Shown here in pieces: positions 12,647 through 24,700 of a DNA stretch of 64,000 nt. The DNA comes from Octopus sinensis (taxonomy: Eukaryota). Below the pieces are notes generated by a model. The model did not search any database. It saw nothing but the letters and a program-made list of their open reading frames with translations, and was not told the origin of the DNA. The stretch lies in NCBI RefSeq assembly GCF_006345805.1, contig NC_043007.1, forward strand, positions 60,450,001 through 60,514,000, given 5' to 3'. A program made the position numbers and the translations under genes. How positions within the stretch are numbered: the first letter of the stretch is position 1; each line of letters opens with the position of its first letter.

Positions 12647-12830
12647 AGGTGGTGAGCTGGCAGAATCGTTAGCTCACCGGATGAAATGCTTAGCAACATT
12701 TTGTCCATCTTCGCATTCTGAGTTCAAATTCCACCAAGGCTGACTTTGCCTTTCATCTTTTCGGGGTTGATAAAATAAGTACCAGTTGAATGCTGGGGTC
12801 GATGTAATTGACTAGTCCCCTCCCACAAAA
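12647..12830 (+). mobile_element. tRNA-derived SINE (second family)
   Basis: gagctggcagaatcgttag...ttctgagttcaaattcc (B-box-like)...ggggtcgatgtaattgact; homologous to 59553-59749. Confidence 0.75.
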
Positions 12831-13049
12831 AACTATAAAAATGTTGAAGCAGATGCCCTGAAGTATTTGTTTTAGCTCATTGCATTCTGAGTTCAAATCC
12901 AGCTATGATCTACCTTTGTGGTAGTTTTAACCAATCATCCAGTTTAACATCTCCACCTGGTATTATGTGTGCTTTTAGTGGAATCAAATTTGTCGCAAGC
13001 ATTCAGACCAGGTTTTTAATTTAACAACACCTTGCTCCTTCTCATCTGT

Positions 13050-13680
13050 CTCAGAAGTCATGTAAAGGGTCATGGACACTACCTTCCCTCTCACTGAAAA
13101 ATCAGAAAGAAAAACAGTATTTTCTCATTAAGGTAGTCACTAGACCATCCCAGAATTGTAATTTAGAAGTTGAAGGGTCATACAGATATAGTTTATTCAC
13201 CAATGTTTCATGAGACATCCACAACCCTGATGTAGATATGTTTTGATTTTAACAACCTGTTGCAGATAAATAGAAGACATTTAAATGATATTCTGGATTA
13301 ACTTTTTTTTTTTTATTATTTGAGTGGAAAACCTTTTCCAGTACAGCTAAAGGAAGACAATGTTTCATACAACTAAAAGGGGGCTTCCTGTGGCTGCCTC
13401 ATCTCTCAAACTATATTTGTCAACCCTTAAACAACTGAAACCAACTTGAACATTTTCTGATATGCTGAATATCTTGGCCATAAACATTTTTGGCAGCACA
13501 ATTTTCTCTTGCTTGAATCCATAAAACATATGCTCCTTATGTTTTTTTTATTTTCTGGTGCTGCCATGTTAAGAAGTGGATTATACAATGCAAACCAACT
13601 ACCTCGGCTACAGCCAATGTTTACGAATGCCATAAGATATTTCCTCTCACATTTACATCTTGAGAATATTTAAGATTAAA
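13050..13680 (-). mobile_element. Highly degraded LINE fragment, possibly a CR1-like RT C-terminus
   Basis: Minus translation YNPLLNMAAPENKKNIRSI... loosely resembles the CR1 RP.LEYA..VW.P..KK.I motif. Weak. Confidence 0.3.
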
Positions 13681-14388
13681 CAGAAGCATATATATTTTTT
13701 ACCTGTCTTCAAATCTTTATTTATAGGATGACTTAATAAATATTTGAGATTTCAGCATTAATTTTATATTTTGAATATTTGTTTTCTTTGTTCTTTCATC
13801 TTTAGATATATTTAAATTTTACCATCTTATAAAAGATCTTTATTTACAGTCTTGCAAAGATGGCAAAATTTAGATATACCAAAATTAATATGGTATTTTA
13901 ATATATATATATATATATATATTATATATAATATATATATATATATATATGTATGTATGATATATGTATGTTTGTATGTATATATATATATATATTGCAA
14001 ACACACAAGTTATACCATGTTGTAATACAGTTATTAAATATTTGCATAAATGTTGAATATTTTATGGTGAGTGCCTTATATACAAAAAGTTTTTATTGAA
14101 AGATTTTACATAAGAATTTAGATAAGATATTTGTATGTATGCATTGTAGAAATTATATATATTATATAAGTATATATACATACACAAGTGTGTGTGCATA
14201 TGTATGTGTATGTATGAATATATATGTATATATGTGTGTATGTATGTATACAAACATACATATTGTAACAACAATAAAAGATATATATATATTGTCATTG
14301 CTATGTGTGTATATATATATATATATATTATATATATAGTTATATAGATATGTGTATATATATATGTATATATATATATATGTTATAG

Positions 14389-14435
<47 letters not shown>

Positions 14436-16268
14436 TAGATAGATAGATAGATATGTATATATATATATCTAGATAGATGTATATATTTATATATATATGT
14501 ATATATTTATATATTAGAAATTATAAAAGCAGTTTCTTGCCCTCAACACTAACTTATGTATTTATCATGAAACTATCAACACGTTTGTTTTTCTTTGTTT
14601 GTCTTTTTGTTTGTTTTTCTTTCTTTGTCATAGATAAAGCATGTTTCTTTTTTTTTTTGTAGTCATTTTCCAACAAATGAATTGCTTTTAGTTAATTTGT
14701 CCTATTTTTAATTAGTGGGAGCTGGCCCACCGAAAAGGTTTTAGAGCTGTTGTCTTATACTAACCATCATTTTACTGTAAGAGTTGCTGCATTTTGAAAC
14801 TAATAATTTAAACTGTAATTCACTTACTCTTACTTTGTCCCTTTTATCTTTAAAAGTTTTTCTTTTTATCCTTTTTTTTTTTGAGTCACTGTTCAAACTT
14901 ATTACCATTTTTTGGGAAGGGAATGTTCTCTTGAGAACCTTGACTTTTTACTTATTTAGATCTTCATTTTAACCATGAGTTGTGGTTTCCTGTCATGAAT
15001 CAGATATAGCCCACATAAAAAATTTTTTTATAACCTTCATTAAACATTAAAAACTTGATAAGAAATAATCAATAAAAGTGGTGGGGGCATCAAACTAACC
15101 TGTTATTTAACCATATTTTCATTCAAACATGCATAATTTCAAAAGTATTGGTATATATATTTATATATATATATCTTATGAATTAGTATTTCTGGGGGTA
15201 TCACTCTATTTGTAAAAGGTAGATTTTATATGCCAAATATAAACTTGCAATGTTAGCCTTTCACCCTACCTGTAAATATAGTTCACTATTGTTTACATAT
15301 GTTTTGATTAATCACATTAACATATTGAATAATCACATTAACATCTTGAAATCACTTTTACCATTTCCCATAACTAATATTTTACTGAAGAAAAATTTCA
15401 TAATATTTAAAATCTTTCATTTACACTGTTTTTTATAAACTAATTAGCAGGATGGAACAAAATTAACTCTAATATACTTTGAATCATTTTGAAAATACAC
15501 CATTTCAAAATATCAATTAACAAGAGTCTTTTTGAAAAAATCACTGAAGAGGAAAAAAAGATTTTTTTTGTTAATAAATTGAATGAATTTATGAATGTGT
15601 GAATGAGTGAAATAATTATTTTTCTAATCAAAGTAAAATTTATTGCAGTTAAAATTTGCAGAGCAAAACTTTTTTTGTTTTGTTTCATTTTATTTTACCT
15701 GTAATATGATTAAGTTGCTTCTATCATTTATCATAAACTTGGCATTCTTTTACTGCCTGTAATTGATGAGACCTTTTTAGCAATGCTCCATTTATACTGG
15801 TATTTCCAGTTCTTCTGTTTTTCACTAAAAGAAAAATTATTCTTTAAGGAGATTTGTTTTCTTTCTCTGTTTTTTTTTTATCCTTTTTTCCTTTAATTTC
15901 AATTCTCTTCAGCTTCAACAAGAAATTGGCTTTCAGACTTACCATTCTTTCCTGTTCAATGTTTTAGTAAGAAGTATTTCAAATTTCAGTTCCTCTTTTG
16001 TTTTCAGTGAAGGTATATCTATTATATCACAAATAATTATTCAATTAGTGTTTTATACACACACACATTCACACAGTCATACACTACACATACTAACACT
16101 TATACATGAGTGTTTGTGTGTGCACATATTCATATATATATATATGTGTGTGTGTGTGTGCGTGTGTGTATCTATATATATATTTATATATATACATACA
16201 TACATACATATATATATGTACCATCTGCACATATATATGTATGTATGTATTATATATATATATATATG

Positions 16269-16320
<52 letters not shown>

Positions 16321-17429
16321 ATTCATTCAATTTTACTCATTTTGCAAGTCATTAAATTCCGGCTATAATTACTGAAATGTGTAAAAACCTACTAAGTTAT
16401 CTTAGTTTTCATTGAATGTATTATTTATTGCAAATATATTTCAATTTCTCTTTTACATGTTTTCACAAGATGTTCTGATTTATTCTGGTAATACCAATAC
16501 AAGGCCATCAGTTCATTCAGTTATTTTTAATCTGTTATCTTTACCCCACCCTCTCTCTCTCACCTGATTATTTCTCTCTCCCTCTCTCTTTTTCTCTTCT
16601 CCTCTTCTATATCTCTCCCTTCCTCTTTTTTAATCATTTACAATTTCTGGAACCAAGATATATTATTCAGACCAAGTGTGTTTGATACAGTTCTTAGGTA
16701 CTGGGTTTTGTAGAGAGAAATCCTAAAATTTCATGTTTGTTCATTCTTTTTTCTATGTGGTTACATTTCGCTACATCTCTCCCAATATATTTTCATACTT
16801 TTTTGGCTCCTTGTTTGCCATTTATCATTTGATTTTTTTCATACTGGAAATTGTTGGTAATGTTGCATGACTTAACATTTTATCTTTTGAATGCTTCCTA
16901 TTTTATTGCCAAAATTTGTTGCCCAAATCTATTCTCTGGTCCTTTTAAAAATTTACTCTGACAATATACTTTCACTTAGGGAACTGTTCCTTTGAACTCT
17001 CAACTGAAAATACTGTCTTATGAATTTGAAAGTCTGTTGGCTGATTCCAACCATTTTTTTTTCTTTTTACCCACACAAAGGACATGGTCAATATGTATGA
17101 ATTTAAATTTGCTTCATAAACATATATTCACATGTTTACGTATGTTGTGTAAAGAAAAGTTTTGTTGGAAAAAAAAAAGGCAGAATTTAGGTACGCTATA
17201 AATTTATAGTTTAGATCTTTATAATCAGTTGTTTTCCTCATCTGCTTATGCAATGCCACAATTTCTTGGCATGATTTCAATAATTAAAAAGAGTACATGT
17301 ATGTGTGTGTGTGTGTGTATACACACACACACATATATGTATGTATATGTGTGTGTATGTATATGTGTGTGTATGTATATGTGTGTGTATTTATATGCAT
17401 GTGTATATATGTATGTATATATGTGTGTG

Positions 17430-17467
<38 letters not shown>

Positions 17468-20073
17468 TATATATATATATATACAATTTTCCAAGCAATG
17501 AAGGAAAAGACTTAAAATAAACATCTAAATTATGATCAACAATATATTATAAAAGGAAACATTCTTTTCAATTGTTTTTCCTTAGACCTCTTACAATGCT
17601 GCAATTGTCCCGAAATGTACCTGAAGAAAAGATTAGAGGTGTTGGGAAGAGGGACGTAAATTTAGTTCTAGTTGAAAATATTATGTTGTTATGATTTAGT
17701 TAATAATTCTTCAAGAACTAATTCTTTAAACCGTTGCAGCATCTTTGCAAAATTCAAAACCGGAAATGATTATTTATTTATATGCATCTTGAACTTCGTT
17801 GAACCTAGTCCCAACACCTAGAACTATTCATTCTACTTATGGTTGCAGTGGTGGTGAGCAAATCAAAAGTAGATTTTCATAGCTCCCTTATCTTTCTATT
17901 AAACTAATAGTTACTGTGCCAGTTTTATCTTGCTCCTTTCCACTATGTGTAAGCAGGAAAATCTAATAATGCTACAAAAGGTTTATTTGTTGTTTTTTTT
18001 TCAAATCCTGTAGCTTAGCCAGCTATGTAATTCTTGTCAAAAGATTCTAGTTGAAGTTTTATACTTCAAGAGAAAAGATAACTAACATAAAAGTTAGAAA
18101 GCTGGTAACTAAACATACACTCCTAAGCAAGAAAAAACAAAACAGTGAACCATTTTAGAAAATATTTTTAAGTAAAAGCTTTCTCTGCAAATTGCATTTT
18201 CTAATTAATGATACTCCTTCAAAATAATATTCCATATTTGAAGGTGTGTGTGCATGTTGGTAGGTAAAATAAGTTTGTGAGTGAATTATTTGAATATGAT
18301 AATACCTGATGTGAGGTTGATTTGCTGTTACCTATCAGTGAAGGGAGGATACAGCTGTTTTTTATAAGCTGTTTAATTCGAGAGATAATTCTTACAGTTT
18401 AAAGTGTACAGTGCAGTTAGGCTCATTTAAAATGTACTATCAAGATTGAAAGCAAATTAATGGAAAATAATTATGTATTTCTTTGAAGTTGGATCCATAT
18501 GATCAAGAATATGAGTGAGATTGTGAAAGAGTTAAATATTTCTTAGTTACATTGATATACATTAAATTTGAGGTTAAATTACACAACTCTGACATGTAAT
18601 TTATATTCCAGAAAGTATGCAACTTAAAACTTGTTTTTTAGTTTCAAAACTGAAGAATACAATTTAAATTAACTCGAAGTTCTTTAAAAAAATCTAAATA
18701 TCACATAGTGTTATCTTAAAAACTACATCCCTAATGAAGAATTATAAATGAACTTTAAGTTCCATAAACACTAAGATAGTTCCAATTATTTGTTGCTAAA
18801 TTTTCTTTAAGTTTGGCCCGTACAAAATAAAATAAATTACTAAACATAATTATATACATAGTCAACTTTTAATAATACCAAATGTAAAAATTTGATATTT
18901 TCCCAACTGGTTCATTTTGGCTTTGTATCTTTTCTTTACTGGGAGTGTATGCCTTCCTTTTTACTTAAAATAATAGTTAACATCTAACTGGCATCCCATT
19001 TCTTTCTTTTTTTTATTATTGATTCTAATTTTAACTGAACATTTTGACTCCTTTTGACTTAGTTCTATAATCAGCAAATTTTTCTAGTTTCTGCTATTTT
19101 GTGGATCTGCAGCTTAAGTCACTAGTGGTTCTTATCCAGTTGAAATAGCTTGTCTTGATTTTATACTTGTTGAAATCACCTCCAGATTAGATGAAACATT
19201 AATGAAAACTTGGTGGTTGTTTCTTTTTTTTCTCTCTCTTTTCTTTTTTTTTTGTTTTCATTGGCACAATTTAGGTGGAATTTGCAGTCCACACTACCAT
19301 AGGTAATTAAATTATTTAAGAAAATAGATCTTGTATGTGAAGACACTTTTAAGTATAGTCAGAATAGTTACAACTTTTGTTTGATAGAAGGAAGCTAAAA
19401 TTTCTACAGAATATATTAACTTTGTCTCAAAGGAAAAAGTATTTGGTAGAGCTATTATGAAATTAAAATTTTCCTGTCAGTATGCAATTATAAGATATGA
19501 AATTTATTAAACCTCACTTAAAATTTCAGTAATCTAGGAGAAACAATATGTTTATTACTCAAAATAAGTTTAGAATTAGCCACATATATTTTAAAATAAG
19601 AAATTGAATACCATAGTATTGAAATATTAAAATTAAAATTAGATGCGTTTTGTTTCTTCAATTTACTTGAGCAATTTCTGTGAGTATTACATGTAATTAT
19701 ATGGAATAATAATAATCTAAAATACTTTTTAAATATTTTCAAGTTTAAATGAAGCATTTAAGCAAAAGTATTGATAATGTTAGTTTCTAAACATAGATGA
19801 ATCTTTAGTATTTGTAAGTAGTTTTTATTTATTCCTTTGATAATATTTCAAGAAAACTCATTTTTATTTCTAGTTATCGTTCTGTAATCCTGACCAACTA
19901 TAATATTCCAATTTATTAATGGCTGATTTGAAATGCCATCTGGAAAAAGTTAAGGTCCATCAAAAAATGGATAACTTTGAACAGTCCTCAGTTGTTAAGT
20001 TTTTTACTGCTACTACTACTGCTGTCATTGAGATGTTAACCTAAATAGCTGACTAATTTTCTTCTGTTGACAG

Positions 20074-20469
20074 CTTCGGGTAGTGCGAGCGTTTAAGAGT
20101 ACTTTGGAAGACCTTGAGGAAAAACGTAGCATTCACAGTTTCCACAGTTTACACAGCATACGTAGTTCGCGTAGCCACCCTGGGCCCCGGCCCATAAGTG
20201 AAGAGGCTTATCACCATGACCACCATTTACGATCAAGTCCACCAGAAAACCTGTATCTTAACACCCCAGAAATTGTCTCCACTCCAATAACTCCACTTGA
20301 TCATCAGCCATTCAAGACAAAAAGCCAGTCATTTGAAAATGTTCCACTGGTTGCTAAGCAACCTTCACCCATACTGGCTCCTGTTAACCAAACCCGCAAA
20401 AAGTCTCCAACAAAGACCTTCAGTCAGTCTGACATTGCCAACACAAATATCCATGAGACTTCAATTTAG
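20074..20469 (+). CDS. ATP2B/PMCA: PMCA alternative terminal exon E1 (131 aa): LRVVRAFKSTLEDLEEKRSIHSFHSLHS...IHETSI*
   Basis: Branch-like gactaat at 20051-57, ttcttctgttgacag acceptor, phase 0; completes the CaM site; C-terminal ETSI is a class I PDZ motif. Confidence 0.92.
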   Translation, partial: LRVVRAFKSTLEDLEEKRSIHSFHSLHSIRSSRSHPGPRPISEEAYHHDHHLRSSPPENLYLNTPEIVSTPITPLDHQPFKTKSQSFENVPLVAKQPSPILAPVNQTRKKSPTKTFSQSDIANTNIHETSI

Positions 20470-20712
20470 TAGTTTTTCATTTGTTAACAAAAGAAAAAAG
20501 TGGAAAATCTTTTCTGTGTGAATTTTTTTTTCCCCCCTTAATGGATCCAGTTAGCAGACCATAACTGATGATGGTGTTAATAATGAAGGAAAGACTCTGA
20601 TAATGAGCATCTCTTTGAGGTGATAGAAAGATCTGGTCGCTCCATATTGCCACTGATCCAATCACCTCCCACATATTCCAAATGCTACCAAGTGAAACTT
20701 GTTATATAAAAA

Positions 20713-20722
20713 AATAAATAAA
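20713..20722 (+). promoter_or_regulatory. Candidate polyadenylation signal for E1 (overlapping AATAAA x2)
   Basis: aataaataaa about 245 nt after the E1 stop and upstream of the E2 acceptor. AT-rich background lowers specificity. Confidence 0.4.
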
Positions 20723-21563
20723 AACTGTTGAAGGGACCACAGAAACCAAAGGTCAAACTGGATTTGACTTTTTTGGGGTGTCATCATTTTGATCAAAGGA
20801 TAATAGATTATTCACACAAGCTTCTGGTGCAGTGCACCTTTTTATATTTTCTTTCATAAGTTCCTCTTTTTTTCTTTATCTTTTTTATTATTTTGTTCAA
20901 TTCAATTTTAAATGTATCTTTTTTTTTTATTATTCTTATTATTACTCACAATTTTTCCCCATCAGTGGATGGACTCCTGTGAATAGTGTCTAACTTTTAG
21001 TCTGATATATAACAGTAGAATAACTTATTACTAAACACTTCACTAACCTCTAACATAAACCTACCACTTCACTGCTCTTAATGAAACATTTATCAGCTGT
21101 GTTGTGATAATCCCATGTGAAGGCGGTGTGTTTTTGTCAACAATTTTCTTTCCATGATCCTCTGGTACTCTTCCCTGCATGGTATTTATGTTCATGTTTA
21201 ACCCAAGATTTTATCCTTTTTTTTTTTACCCAGATGATGTTGCTATTATATGTATTTTGTTTTTACTTTTTATTTAATTCACATTTTCCTTGCTCTTGCC
21301 TTTTTTCCTTTCCAGTTTGGAGACCTAAAATTACCATTGCTTAGAATTCAAATTTGCAAATGTGTGTCATATTAGTTCACATAGTCTTGTTTTTAGTACT
21401 GCACTAGTTTATTAGTCCAAATTTTGTTGTTGTGAAACCTTATCCTTTTATTTTAATTATTAGAGAATGCTGCAATGTTGTTTTCCCTTGTGCTTGTATA
21501 TGTTTGAACACCCTACCCTTGTTTTGTTTTGGTTTTGTTTTTGGTTATTTTCCTGTTTTTCAG

Positions 21564-21740
21564 ATTCGTGTTGTTAATGCTTTCCGCATGGCATTAGATG
21601 CGCGTTACGATGGACATAGCCTGTCCTCGAACTATAGTTCCCAATCACTTGAAAACCTTAGGATGAGGTACAAATTTCCAGCCAGCCCACGCATCGACGC
21701 GTCTGCTAGCACCAACCAGACCGTAGACACATCAGTTTGA
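21564..21740 (+). CDS. ATP2B/PMCA: PMCA alternative terminal exon E2 (58 aa): IRVVNAFRMALDARYDGHSLSSNYSSQSLENLRMRYKFPASPRIDASASTNQTVDTSV*
   Basis: tttcctgtttttcag acceptor, phase 0; IRVVNAFR matches the PMCA b-type CaM half; C-terminal DTSV is a class I PDZ motif. Confidence 0.93.
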   Translation: MRVVNAFRMALDARYDGHSLSSNYSSQSLENLRMRYKFPASPRIDASASTNQTVDTSV

Positions 21741-24700
21741 GCATGTACTGCACTATTTTGGACTATGCCCTGCATCATATTATGTGGTAGTATACAAATG
21801 GGCACTGCAAGAGCTGCTGTTGGAAATAATGTGTGACTTACTTACTGTCACAAATCCCTTTTTCATTTTGTATCATTTGCTATTCATCTTATATTGTTTT
21901 GATATCCTTATTCATTTAGAACTTGGGTTCTGAGCTTGCTTTATATTGCTGAAACTGTGCAGTGTAGAAGTACCTTTCCCCTAACATTACTGATCTGGTG
22001 CCAGTTCCTGCTGTGAAAACTAATCTTACTATAGATATGAAAAAAAAAATTTACTGAGTGCAGTATATCTTTGAAACCTACATCCCCACAAAGATAATTT
22101 AGTTGATATTGATATCAAGCCAATATGCATATCTAGTAGGATAAAAAAAAAACATTATTTACATATATACCCCAAAATTTTCAGATTTCTTCCAATCAGT
22201 TGGGCTGAGGCACGTACATTTTCAATATTAGTTTACTCCTTTTTATAATCAAAACCCTTCCCTTTAAGTTTTAAAATGTTTTAAATTATGAATTTTAAGA
22301 TTTAAAAAAAAAATAAACAAAAACCTTGTTCTTATTTGACTGTCATACTTGAAGCTAGAAGCATGTGTGCAGATGTGTTTACAATTGCTGCCATACTTTT
22401 CATTATGTTCGATACAGTATAAAGATTTTCAGTAATTTTTACATCATCTTTATACCGTCTACTTTCATTTTATGTATGTGCAGGAACTGTGTGTATGTGT
22501 GTGCAATTGCTCATACAAAACACCGACTGCTTTGTTCATTTTATATTTTTCTTTAACCGAAGGCTAATTGTCTCAAATGTGTGGTTGAAATTAAAAATTA
22601 ACCTTTAAAACGTTGAAAAATGGAGAAAAGTTTTTACACAAATTTTTTCCTCTCTGAGTGGAAAATTTACGAAAAAATAAAATTATGGAAAATAACAAAA
22701 AAAAAATTTTTTTAACTTCGAGTTTTATGTACAAAATGATCTTTAAAATGAAATAAATGGAACTAGAAATGATTAATTGATTTTAGAAGAAACATTTTTG
22801 TAATTATTCAAATGTAAATTTTGAAAATCTCTATTTAAAAAACGCAAAAAAAAAAGGTACAGAAACAAAACCATTTTGTAGTGGGATATGTTATGGACAC
22901 CATCATTGGGTGTTTCAATTATTGGAATGGATTAATCTTACACAACTAGTGGGCGTCTTGAAGTATGACTGCAGGTATTGGCTGTGCTGTTAGATACTGA
23001 GCAGGTTTCCTGTGTTTCTAGTGTGATGATAAATATTTACTAACACCAAACACACAGTTTGATTCACATTTTACAAAATTTCCTTTCAGAAAATTAATAA
23101 ATGCAAAAAAAAAAACTTAAAATGAATTGTATTAATTCCTTTAAAATAAAATAATAGTTTCATTATCTTAAATCAACAGATAATTATAAAGTAAATAACT
23201 TTTTAAAATATTATTAAAAACGACTTTAAAATAGCTTACTCTGCAAGAACTTTTAATCTTGCAGTTATTAGTTTCCATGTACTGGCAGTTTTTAGAGCAT
23301 ATCAATATTAACTGACTGCTATGATTTTATTGTCACGGGGAAAAAATTCAAATCTTTGGTATGCTCTCATTCTTATCTCAGATCAGTTCTTTTTTTTTTA
23401 ATTTTATTATTATTAACAGTAGGATGCCAGCTAGCTCTCTGGATGTATGTTTACTTGAGCTTACATGTTCTAGCTGCACTTTATCCTATCTCTCTATCAC
23501 CATACACAAAGTCATTGACTTAAAAACTTCTGTATCAACAATGAGGCAAATAATGGCAGAAAAAGGTGAGATGACTAGGTCATCTGCAGTTCTTAAAGAT
23601 TGATTGGTAATTTAACTGTAGGTTTTGTACCAACAACTGTTTTGTTCTCAGCATTGTTTATCGTTTTTATGAATAAAAACGTTTGACCTGTAGTATTTTG
23701 TTATTGTTTGTAGTTGTTTAAATAACAGCTTTTATTTATTTTTCATTTTTTTCCTTTTCTAATCCTGAATTACTAATTACTATTACTTTCATGTTGCATT
23801 TATGCAATTTATTAACACCAGTGTTCAGTAATTTACTCATAAAATAGTAAATACAAACACCCTGAAATAAAAACCACATTGATGCTAAACTTAGAGACTT
23901 AATCTGGCTGCGTATATTTCTGGAAAAAAAAATTGAAAGCCCATACAATAACAACAGGGCTTTGTGAAAATTCACTCAGTTGTCTTATTGATTAAACACC
24001 ATTTTACTTCTCCTCATTCATATTCTCCCAGTTATAACACAAGTTGCCAGCTGTAACTGTCCAGATTCATCTTGATAAGAATATGTGGGCAGGTTATAGC
24101 CAATATATTTACTGTTGAAATTTACTAAACTGTTCAATAAATGTTGTTATGGGAAGTATGCACGTGTTTGTGTACGTATTTGTGTGATTTTATTGAAACA
24201 ATTTGATTTTCCTTTATTTACTTGAATTCATTATTAAAATTCCTTTGATTAGATATGGAAACCAGAAACAAAGTGTTTGTTTCTGAAAGCCACACTAATA
24301 ATTAAAATTTTAGTGGGACTGATTTGATATCACTGATGTGAAACATTGCTTTGAACTCAGTAATTCTGTAAATAAAGGTTCTACTGAAAGTCTGCAGCAA
24401 AACTCTACTGAACAATCAGTGGTTGCCAGTGTGATTACTGATATCAACATAGATTTAGACTACACATACACACAGATACACACACATTTTTGTCTAAAGC
24501 TTGGTAATCACAGAGAAACTCTTTTATGTGTAGCTGTTGTTCCCTAAATTAAAAGATAATTTTCTGGTGGAACCACTTTTGAAGTTTTAACTCCCAAAGC
24601 ACACACACAAAGCTAATAAACAAGAGCAGGTAAGTATTGAGTTGGAAAACCCATTTGGAAAGAATAAATCGAAGGCTGTCCTTTGACTTTTTCTATTCAA

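Noticed and set aside
12647-12760. tRNA-like GTTCAAATTCC segments (also about 47920 and 59620)
   Set aside because: Heads of tRNA-derived SINEs; no complete cloverleaf can be folded by eye and the downstream sequence is SINE body.
24338-24547. 69-aa S/T/E-rich ORF between E2 and E3 as a possible fourth last exon
   Set aside because: In-frame stop just upstream, no phase-0 acceptor, and no (L/I)RVV.AF motif.
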